Source: Candidatus Levyibacteriota bacterium (GTDB lineage Bacteria > Patescibacteriota > Microgenomatia > Levybacterales > UBA12049). From it: DNA of 64,000 nucleotides. Positions 1-7,869 of the stretch are shown here, one piece after another. The notes under the pieces are model-generated. The model did no database searches, was not told where the DNA came from, and saw only the letters and a list, made by a program, of their open reading frames with translations. Location: positions 445,803 through 509,802 of the forward strand of contig JAJDCG010000001.1 of assembly GCA_029260965.1 (NCBI GenBank). The letters are read 5' to 3'. The first letter of the stretch is position 1. Every line of letters begins with the position of its first letter. Position numbers and translations under genes: made by a program.

Positions 1-447
1 AGAAAAGACTACAGTCAGAAGCAAGCTCAATCAGAACCATCCCCAACCCCAAGTCTGAAGACATATCACTCGGATTTCTTAGGTCTAACTTTTGAGTATC
101 CTCCAGAGTATGAGGTAGAGGAGGAGTTTACGAACGCTGTTTATCTTAAGCATAAAAATGGAACAGTAGAGATACATAGACTGTTTTCAAATCTTACAAA
201 TATAGAAGATTATTTAATAGGATATGATTCGCATAGGACGATAGAAATTCTGGATAAACAAAATTTGAAAATCGACGGATATAATGCGGTAAATAGGTTG
301 GAAAAATTTTCTGGTGGTCCAATTAATGAAGCAAAAGCTTATTTTATATTTATTCAAAATGTAGCAATTTATGTATTTTCAACAGATGACGAAAATCTCT
401 ATGACGATCTTGATCAGATAGCCAGATCATTCCGTTATGATCCTTGA
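1..447 (+). CDS. 5'-truncated exported protein, PsbP-like fold (frame runs off the window start)
   Basis: Frame of ORF 265..447 is open back to base 1: RKDYSQKQAQSEPSPTPSLKTYHSDFLGLTFEYPPEY... A Pro/Ser/Thr stalk followed by KTY..G.TF.YP is typical of PsbP-like exported proteins. Confidence 0.6.
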   Translation, partial: RKDYSQKQAQSEPSPTPSLKTYHSDFLGLTFEYPPEYEVEEEFTNAVYLKHKNGTVEIHRLFSNLTNIEDYLIGYDSHRTIEILDKQNLKIDGYNAVNRLEKFSGGPINEAKAYFIFIQNVAIYVFSTDDENLYDDLDQIARSFRYDP

Positions 448-463
448 TCTCAAGCAAAAATAA

Positions 464-3379
464 ATGAAACAAGCAAGAAAAATTATCCTCTTTTTGTTAT
501 CCCTCTTTTTACCATTTCTATTTGTAAGATTCACAGATAGTGTCCATGCAGAGACACTTAAAGTATGGGAAAAAGCAGAAAATACTATTTTTCCTCATAC
601 AATCCCCGAAAGTACAATATTACCCGGCGGGAATGTGATGGTGGTAGGTCAAGGTCTTGAATTTGAGAATGAAGCGGCTGAGATCTATGATCCAGGCACC
701 AACAGCTGGAAAGTATCAGTTGGTATTTCCCCACTTAGACTTGCCAATACAGTCACCTCGCTCAAAGACGGCAGGGTTTTGGTCGCAGGCGTAGGGTATA
801 GTCTGGAGGGTGATGAGCTGACATCAGAAATTTACGATCCGCAGACTGATACGTGGAGTGATGGAGGAGACATGAAAGAACTCCGGTTCATCCATGAGAC
901 AACCCTTCTTCAGGACGGCAGGGTACTGGTCACAGGTGGTCTTTGGTTTGATCGCATGAAAAGCGCTGAGATTTATGATCCCGAGACCAATCTGTGGTCA
1001 GATGCTGCACCTATGAGCAGGGAGAGGTTTTATCATACATCGACACTTCTTAATAATGGAAAAGTGTTGGTGGTAGGCGGTCAGTTCAATGGAGCTGAAT
1101 CCATAAAGAGTGCCGAACTATATGATCCCCAGACCAACAAGTGGTCGTCAGGAGGAAATATGCATGTGACAAGATACGCGCATACCGCGACTCTGTTGCA
1201 GGATGGCCGTGTGTTGGTGGCAGGAGGAGTAGAGGATGACAGTGTACGCTCAGTTGCCGAGATTTATGATCCTGTGACAGGTATATGGACCGAGACAGGT
1301 AGCATGAACACAACAAGATTTTCCCACAAAGCAACACTGCTACCTGATGGAAAGGTGTTGGTTACAGGTGGATCAACGCAGAATAATTTTAGTGACATTT
1401 TTTATACAAATACAGCTGAGATTTATGATCCCGCAACAAGAGAGTGGGAACTCATAAATGCCATGAATGATGGTAGGGTAGACCATGCGGCTGAGCTTTT
1501 ACCAAACGGAGACGTGCTGGTAATAGGAGGATTTGGGACTGGAGAGGATTGGCTGAGAAGTACTGAAATCCTGCGTTCATCAGTACCTGCTCCATTCCTA
1601 GATCTGCCGTGGGATTATGAAGGTCAAGGTAAGGAATTTGCGGATGTGGCGCTGGAGATAAATGCGTATTTTGATCATAGCTATCCTTTGTTTGGAAGTG
1701 GTTTGGGAGAGCCATTTGAGTATTTGAACCAGATAACCACATATATGGGCGAGAATACTATAAGGAAGCCTTACTCCCGTCACGATGGTTATGATTATGG
1801 TTCATATGCATCAGGTGTTAAAAATGGCGATTCTGTGTATCCTGCTGCTGCAGGTGTAGCCGAGTATGTTCGTGATCGGGCAGGCGGTCATGGCATTTTC
1901 ATAGATCATGGCAATGGATACCAGACAAGATATTATCATCTTCAGGATATAGGTTTAATTACAAAAACACCGGGTGTAAAAATATCTGTAAATAGAAATA
2001 CGGTGATTGGAAAAGTAGGATCAACAGGTGAGCACACAACAGGACCGCATATTCATATCGGTGTTTTTCAGGATAAGAATAAGGACGGAAATTTTGATGA
2101 TAATGTGCCAGATGGTGCGACTGATCCATTTGGTTGGCAATCAACCGAACCTGATCCTTGGGAGAATTATTCATTTTTACAAAACGGTGTGCAGAAGACA
2201 GGTAATAAAAGTTATTATCTATGGAAAAATAAAATACCAAATTTGAAGAAAGGGCTTTCCTCAAACGGCGGAGTATTTCATGTCGCGAACTTCGGTCTGA
2301 CATTCCCTGAGGATGAAAGTCTGGACGGCTTGACGCTGGAAGCAAAGCTCGGCCCTGTTGAGAGAGTTACCAATTCACTTGTCTCCCTGGGTCCGGTAAT
2401 TGATGTGATCCTAAAAGATCCGCTTGGAAGCCTCATAACTATTTTGACAAAACCACTTTTGGTGACAATTGATTTTAGTAAGGCAGATCTCTCTAGATTC
2501 AAACCCGGAACAATATCAATTTATTCAAGCAGTGACAACAGAAAAACCTGGACAAAAGAGGAGTCCTACGTTGATTATCTCAATAAAAAAGCATCTGCTG
2601 AGATGGACCATTTAACACATTTTGCGTTAATGGGTGAGCGGATAGATACACAGCCTCCCGCAACAACTGTGGGGCTTGACGGTCTCAAGGGTGAGAATAA
2701 TTGGTTCCGTTCGGATGTGGAAGTGTCATTGAAAACTAGTGATAATGAGGGTGGGCTTGGAGTAGAGATTGTTTTGTATAAAATCGAGGGAGGAGAATGG
2801 CAAGAGTACAAAGAGCCATTGAATTTCACTGAAAAAGGAGAATACAAAATAGAATATTATTCACAGGATAAAGATGGAAATTTAGAAGATCCAAAATCAA
2901 CGGAATTCCATATTGATAAAACAATACCTGAGGCAAAGATTTATTTTGACAGAAACAAAGGGGAGATGGTAATAGAGGGAGTGGATGATTCAGGAGATGT
3001 TGTCTTGGAGTATAAAGATTTAGAACGAAAGCGTGAGCAGATAGTGCTTGTTGACAAAGCAGGGAATAATCTTGTTATAGAAAATAGAGAAAAAGAAAAT
3101 GATAAAAGGCTAAAATTTGAAATTTACACGCTTACCTACAATCATACAGAGTTTTTGCAGGAAAAAAACAAATTTGAGGTTATGTATGAAGAAAAAAAAG
3201 GAGAAATAAAGAAGTTGGATCAAAATTTCAAGATAAAAGACCAGGAAAAAGTAAGCCTAAAATATGACATAAAAGACAACAAAACAAAAATTAAAGAAAA
3301 TAAAGAAAAAACAGAAGCAGACGGATTAAAAGCACTTATTTTGTTCACAGATCAGGGAGAGCTCAAGTATAGTTTTTAA
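464..3379 (+). CDS. Secreted Kelch beta-propeller + M23 metallopeptidase + Ig-like (OmpL47-type) domain protein
   Basis: N-terminal signal peptide (..VHA|E); six E(I/L)YDP...W Kelch repeats plus a closing blade; M23 zinc motifs HDGYD (HxxxD), YYHL and GPHIH (HxH); C-terminal DTQPP...NNWFRSDV...YYSQDKDGN..DKTIP Ig-like module. Confidence 0.85.
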   Translation: MKQARKIILFLLSLFLPFLFVRFTDSVHAETLKVWEKAENTIFPHTIPESTILPGGNVMVVGQGLEFENEAAEIYDPGTNSWKVSVGISPLRLANTVTSLKDGRVLVAGVGYSLEGDELTSEIYDPQTDTWSDGGDMKELRFIHETTLLQDGRVLVTGGLWFDRMKSAEIYDPETNLWSDAAPMSRERFYHTSTLLNNGKVLVVGGQFNGAESIKSAELYDPQTNKWSSGGNMHVTRYAHTATLLQDGRVLVAGGVEDDSVRSVAEIYDPVTGIWTETGSMNTTRFSHKATLLPDGKVLVTGGSTQNNFSDIFYTNTAEIYDPATREWELINAMNDGRVDHAAELLPNGDVLVIGGFGTGEDWLRSTEILRSSVPAPFLDLPWDYEGQGKEFADVALEINAYFDHSYPLFGSGLGEPFEYLNQITTYMGENTIRKPYSRHDGYDYGSYASGVKNGDSVYPAAAGVAEYVRDRAGGHGIFIDHGNGYQTRYYHLQDIGLITKTPGVKISVNRNTVIGKVGSTGEHTTGPHIHIGVFQDKNKDGNFDDNVPDGATDPFGWQSTEPDPWENYSFLQNGVQKTGNKSYYLWKNKIPNLKKGLSSNGGVFHVANFGLTFPEDESLDGLTLEAKLGPVERVTNSLVSLGPVIDVILKDPLGSLITILTKPLLVTIDFSKADLSRFKPGTISIYSSSDNRKTWTKEESYVDYLNKKASAEMDHLTHFALMGERIDTQPPATTVGLDGLKGENNWFRSDVEVSLKTSDNEGGLGVEIVLYKIEGGEWQEYKEPLNFTEKGEYKIEYYSQDKDGNLEDPKSTEFHIDKTIPEAKIYFDRNKGEMVIEGVDDSGDVVLEYKDLERKREQIVLVDKAGNNLVIENREKENDKRLKFEIYTLTYNHTEFLQEKNKFEVMYEEKKGEIKKLDQNFKIKDQEKVSLKYDIKDNKTKIKENKEKTEADGLKALILFTDQGELKYSF

Positions 3380-3448
3380 TTTTTTATTATCAATCCTTTA
3401 ACCTCAGAAATTAGAGTTATTTATTGCGTAGCCCTGGATAGTAAAAAG

Positions 3449-3457
3449 TGGTAAAAT
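3449..3457 (+). promoter_or_regulatory. Extended -10 promoter element 6 nt upstream of the ATG (leaderless-type)
   Basis: TGgTAAAAT, then atccct, then ATG at 3464; no Shine-Dalgarno. Confidence 0.55.
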
Positions 3458-3463
3458 ATCCCT

Positions 3464-4396
3464 ATGGTTTCTATAGTTGTACCTGTTTTTAATGAGGAAG
3501 AGTCAATTGGTGCTTTTTTTACTGAGTTAAAAAAAGTTTTCCCCAAGATTAATGATACATTTGAGACGATATTTATCGATGATGGATCAACAGACAGGTC
3601 TCTTGATCTACTTAAAAATATTTCTGAAACACACAAAAACGTGCGAGTTTTTTCGTTCCGCAGGAATATGGGAAAGTCTGAAGCTTTGACTCTCGGATTT
3701 GCAAAGGCACAGGGTGACTATATAGTTACACTCGATGCCGATTTGCAGGATAAGCCTTCTGAGATTCCCTCATTACTTAAAAAAGCCAAAGAGGGTGCTG
3801 GGCTTGTCTGCGGGTGGCGAAAGAAGCGAAAAGACAAGAAGAAAATGCTGGCAATATCCAGGATTTTTAATAAAACGATGAATACGATTTTTTCACTCGA
3901 CATTCATGATTATAATTGTGGATTCAAGGTCTATACAAAAGATCTTGCTAAGTCTCTTAGGCTTTATGGAGGACTTCATAGATTTATACCATTAATTGCA
4001 GCACAAAACGGTTTTAGTGTGGTGGAGGAAGAGGTGGTTCACGAGCAGAGAAAATTTGGTAAGTCAAAATATGGATTTTCAAAAGTCTTTAAAGACATTC
4101 CAGACATGTTCACGATGCTTTTCCTTGTAAAATATGGGAAAAGGCCCATGCATTTTTTCGGAATTTTTGGAGGTGGGATCGGGCTTGTGGGTTTTATCAT
4201 TTTGGTTTATTTAACAGTTCTTCGTTTTTTGGGATATGCAATCGGTGGCAGGCCATTGCTTCTTTTTGGAATACTTCTGTTTATTACAGGACTTCAAATA
4301 TTTTTTACAGGATTTTTGGCTGATCTATTTATCAATATATCGCAGAACCGACTGGACAGTAAGCAGAGTTTTCCTCTGAAATTTTCAAGCGAATAA
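3464..4396 (+). CDS. GT2 polyprenol-phosphate glycosyltransferase (DPM1/ArnC-like)
   Basis: SIVVPVFNEE, IDDGSTD, DADLQD motifs; two C-terminal TM helices. Confidence 0.9.
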   Translation: MVSIVVPVFNEEESIGAFFTELKKVFPKINDTFETIFIDDGSTDRSLDLLKNISETHKNVRVFSFRRNMGKSEALTLGFAKAQGDYIVTLDADLQDKPSEIPSLLKKAKEGAGLVCGWRKKRKDKKKMLAISRIFNKTMNTIFSLDIHDYNCGFKVYTKDLAKSLRLYGGLHRFIPLIAAQNGFSVVEEEVVHEQRKFGKSKYGFSKVFKDIPDMFTMLFLVKYGKRPMHFFGIFGGGIGLVGFIILVYLTVLRFLGYAIGGRPLLLFGILLFITGLQIFFTGFLADLFINISQNRLDSKQSFPLKFSSE

Positions 4397-4452
4397 CCTA
4401 GATTTAAGATGCATGATGCAAGAATGAATTTTGTGTCATCAACTCAAAATAT

Positions 4453-5028
4453 ATGAAAATAGGAATAGACATATCACAGACAGCATACGAAAATACAGGT
4501 GTTGCAAATTATGTGCGGAATTTGGTTGAGAATCTGGCAAAAATAGATAAGGAAAATGAATATATTCTTTTCTTTTCTTCTCTCAGAAAGGATATTCCCA
4601 GGTTTGTTAAGGATTTAATGAGGAATAATAAGAGATTTACTTTGAGAAGAAAAAGATTGCCCCCAACAATGTTGGATGTTTTTTGGAACAAGCTCCATGT
4701 AATGCCAATTGAAGATGTGGTTGGTGATGTGGATGTGTTTGTTTCAAATGATTGGGTTCAGCCCCCGACAAGACACGCAAAGATGGTTACTGTTTTGTAT
4801 GATTTGATCATTTATAAATATCCCGAAGAAACACACAATATGTTTAAATTTAATTTTAGAAGTATGAATATATCGCCAAATATAGTTGCATCGCAAAGAA
4901 AAAGATTGGATTGGGTAAAAAAGGAATGCGAGATGATCATTTGTATTTCTGAACAGACAAAAAAGGATGCAATTGAAATACTTGGTATTGAGGAGAATAG
5001 GCTGCGTGTGGTGAGGCCGGGGATTTAG
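4453..5028 (+). CDS. GT4 glycosyltransferase N-terminal domain only (191 aa)
   Basis: MKIGIDI..TGVANY start, VLYDL, ICISEQTKKD; stops at VVRPGI, the inter-domain linker; no EGFG donor-binding domain. Confidence 0.75.
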   Translation: MKIGIDISQTAYENTGVANYVRNLVENLAKIDKENEYILFFSSLRKDIPRFVKDLMRNNKRFTLRRKRLPPTMLDVFWNKLHVMPIEDVVGDVDVFVSNDWVQPPTRHAKMVTVLYDLIIYKYPEETHNMFKFNFRSMNISPNIVASQRKRLDWVKKECEMIICISEQTKKDAIEILGIEENRLRVVRPGI

Positions 5029-5070
5029 CCCCCTGGATGTAGGCATAGGATGTAGGATGTAAGATCTTAT

Positions 5071-5147
5071 ATAAATCATAAATCATAAATCATAAATCAT
5101 AAATCATAAATCATAAATCATAAATCATAAATCATAAATCATAAATC
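5071..5147 (+). repeat. Perfect heptamer tandem repeat (ATAAATC)x11
   Basis: 11 exact copies counted; ends 5 nt before the ATG at 5153; preceded by a degenerate (GGATGTA)n tract at 5035-5068. Confidence 0.97.
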
Positions 5148-5152
5148 TAATT

Positions 5153-6334
5153 ATGTTAATAGGTATTGATGGAAATGAAGCGAACGTAGAAAAGCGTGTT
5201 GGAATAGGTCAGTATGCATCTGAACTATTGCGGGAGTTTAGTGTTAAGGATGATGCGTTAAGGGTGAAGTTTGTGGTTTATTTAAAAAATAAACCACTTT
5301 CTCATATGCCTGAAGAGACAGAAAATTTTAAGTATAGAGTTTTTGGTCCTGGCAAGTTCTGGACACAATGGAGGCTGCCTCTTGATTTATATACTCATTT
5401 GCCAAAGCCTGATGTTTTCTTCACACCCAGTCATTATGCGCCTCGCTTCTCACCTATACCCACTGTTATATCTGTTATGGATCTCTCCTACATATATTTT
5501 CCGCAGCTTTTTAATAAAAAAGACCTCAAACAGTTGACTGACTGGACTGAGTATTCAGTAAGACAAGCTAAAAGAATTATAACAATTAGTAATTTTAGTA
5601 AAAATGATATAATTAAAGAATACGGTTTAGCCTCGGATAAAATAGAGGTTACGTATCCTGGGATTAAAAATGATTTAGGATTTATGTCTTATGACTTGAG
5701 CAGTATGAATGATTTGAAGAAAAAATATAAAATAAGTGACAATTTTGTTCTTTTTGTTGGAACGCTCCAGCCTAGGAAAAATATTGTGCGTCTTGTCGAA
5801 GCTTTTTCAAAGATCAAGGATCAGACTTACCTGCCAGTACGGCAGGGATCTAAAAAAGATTCCTCGGCTGCGCCTCAGGATGATATTCAACTTGTGATTG
5901 TTGGTAAGAAGGGTTGGCAGTATGAGGAAATACTAGATGCGCCTCGTAAATTTGGTATAGAGAAATATGTAAAATTTCTTGATTCGGTTGATGACAGTGA
6001 CCTTTCTGTGTTATATAAGAATGCGGTTTGTTTTGTTCTTCCCTCACTTTACGAAGGGTTTGGTTTACCAGTGCTTGAGGCAATGCGCGAGGGATGCCCT
6101 GTTATTGCTAGCAATGTATCATCTCTTCCTGAGGCTGGTGGGGATGCGTGTCTTTACGTTGATCCAGAGGATGCGGATGATATTGCTCTTAAAATAAAGC
6201 AACTAATATCTGACAAGAAGTTGAGAAAATTATTGGTTGAAAAAGGTAAAAAACAAGTTTCACGTTTTGACTGGGAAAAAACGGCAAAACAAACACTAAG
6301 GGTTTTGGAAGAAGCAGCAAGGGACGATAAATGA
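5153..6334 (+). CDS. GT4 glycosyltransferase (MtfB/WbpY-like)
   Basis: GIGQYA, FVGTLQPRKN, YEGFGLPVLEAM motifs. Confidence 0.92.
   Translation: MLIGIDGNEANVEKRVGIGQYASELLREFSVKDDALRVKFVVYLKNKPLSHMPEETENFKYRVFGPGKFWTQWRLPLDLYTHLPKPDVFFTPSHYAPRFSPIPTVISVMDLSYIYFPQLFNKKDLKQLTDWTEYSVRQAKRIITISNFSKNDIIKEYGLASDKIEVTYPGIKNDLGFMSYDLSSMNDLKKKYKISDNFVLFVGTLQPRKNIVRLVEAFSKIKDQTYLPVRQGSKKDSSAAPQDDIQLVIVGKKGWQYEEILDAPRKFGIEKYVKFLDSVDDSDLSVLYKNAVCFVLPSLYEGFGLPVLEAMREGCPVIASNVSSLPEAGGDACLYVDPEDADDIALKIKQLISDKKLRKLLVEKGKKQVSRFDWEKTAKQTLRVLEEAARDDK
5830..5883. repeat. Two REP-like elements inserted in frame in the GT4 gene
   Basis: CCTGCC-agtac-GGCAGG palindrome (5830-5846) and GATTCCTCGGCTGCGCCTCAGGATGA (5858-5883); GC-rich versus flanks; encode the extra loop YLPVRQGSKKDSSAAPQD. 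Confidence 0.6.
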
Positions 6335-6386
6335 CTGAGGATATATGATGTGAAAAATCATAAACAATAGGTTACAGCTCTAAATT

Positions 6387-6980
6387 ATGAGAGACAAAGA
6401 AGGAAATAAGTTAACAACAGAACAAGTCTTGCAAAAAGGCTTAATTAGAATAAAAACAGTTGTTCTTGAGTTATGGGTATTTATACTTCACTTGGTAGGA
6501 TATTTACCATCACATGCTGTTAGAAAGTTCTTTTATAGGATTTCTGGTATGAAAATAGGAGTTGGTTCAGTTATCCATATGGGTGCGAGGTTTTATAATC
6601 CAGCAAACATAAAGATTGGTAATGACAGTATTATAGGTGAGGGCATAGTTCTTGACGGACGGGATAAGCTAGTTATTGGTAGTCATGTAGATATTGCATC
6701 TGAAGTTATGATTTACAATGCCCATCATGACATATCTGATCCCAACTTCAGTGCGGTAACTGCTTCTGTTGAGATAGGCGATTATGTTTTTGTAGGTCCA
6801 CGTGTTGTAATTCTTCCTGGTGTGAAGATAGGAAAAGGTTCTGTCGTGGCGGCAGGTGCAGTTGTGACAAAAGATGTAGCAGATGGAATAATAGTCGGTG
6901 GAGTTCCTGCAAGAGAAATCGGCCAGAGAAAGCTAGAAGAGTTTGGTTATAAGCTGGGTCGCGCTGCGTGGTTTAGGTAG
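6387..6980 (+). CDS. Hexapeptide-repeat (LbH) O-acetyltransferase, WcaF/maltose transacetylase-like
   Basis: IGDYVFVGPRVVILPGVKIGKGSVVAAGAVVTKDV...GGVPAR. Confidence 0.9.
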   Translation: MRDKEGNKLTTEQVLQKGLIRIKTVVLELWVFILHLVGYLPSHAVRKFFYRISGMKIGVGSVIHMGARFYNPANIKIGNDSIIGEGIVLDGRDKLVIGSHVDIASEVMIYNAHHDISDPNFSAVTASVEIGDYVFVGPRVVILPGVKIGKGSVVAAGAVVTKDVADGIIVGGVPAREIGQRKLEEFGYKLGRAAWFR

Positions 6981-6984
6981 ATTT

Positions 6985-7869
6985 ATGTTGCTTTCAATTA
7001 TTATAGTAAATTATAAAAAGCCTGAAATGACTTTTTCCTGCATAGACTCTATTTATTCAAATTTAGGCAAGGAAATTGGGGCGAGCATTGTGGAGGTTGT
7101 TTTGGTGGACAACGGATCAGATAAAAATGATCTGGGAAAACTCCGAAGCCTACTGGGTGAGAGAAAATATAAAAATTTCTCCCTCATAATAAATAAAGAG
7201 AATGGTGGTTTTTCAATTGGTTGTAATACGGGTGCCAAGTCTGCGAAGGGTGATTTGCTACTATTTCTTAATAATGATACTATCATTACAGATCGACGCC
7301 TCATGGACATGGCGTTTTTTCTCAATAATGGAGGGCATATTTCTATACTTGGTGGCAGCATGGTCAATGCCGATGGAACAGACCAGTCTTCATTTGGTAA
7401 GTTTTATACACCGTTTTATGTAGCACTTTTTATTTTGGGATTGGAACGTTTGGGAACGGTTAGTAAAAGTCCAAAGGATGTTAGCAAAGTTGATTGGGTT
7501 AAGGGAAGTTTGCTCATGGTAAAGCGAAAAGTTTTTGAGGAATTAAATGGTTTTGATGAGAAGATATTTATGTATATGGAAGACGTGGAGTTTTGTTATA
7601 GAGCAAAAAATGCCGGTTTTGATACTTATTTTTATCCATATATTTCAATAATACATAAAGATCAAGGATCATCAAGTAGGAGTTTTGCAGTGGTCAATAT
7701 ATATAAAAGCCTTTTATATTTCTACAAAAAACATAGAGGTGTTGTTGAGTATTGGTTTGTGAAATACGCTCTCATGGTAAAGGCATTAATTTTGATTATC
7801 GTTGGTAGAATAATCAGAAATTCTTATTTAATTACAACTTATGAAAAAGCTCTTGCAGTTGCACGATAA
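6985..7869 (+). CDS. GT2 glycosyltransferase (WbbL/rhamnosyltransferase-like)
   Basis: Start placed at MLLSIIIVNY (6985); VDNGS, FLNND, GFDEKIFMYMEDVE motifs. Confidence 0.88.
   Translation: MLLSIIIVNYKKPEMTFSCIDSIYSNLGKEIGASIVEVVLVDNGSDKNDLGKLRSLLGERKYKNFSLIINKENGGFSIGCNTGAKSAKGDLLLFLNNDTIITDRRLMDMAFFLNNGGHISILGGSMVNADGTDQSSFGKFYTPFYVALFILGLERLGTVSKSPKDVSKVDWVKGSLLMVKRKVFEELNGFDEKIFMYMEDVEFCYRAKNAGFDTYFYPYISIIHKDQGSSSRSFAVVNIYKSLLYFYKKHRGVVEYWFVKYALMVKALILIIVGRIIRNSYLITTYEKALAVAR

Noticed and set aside
5035-5147. CRISPR array
   Set aside because: Contiguous 7-mer units with no spacers; no cas genes in the window.
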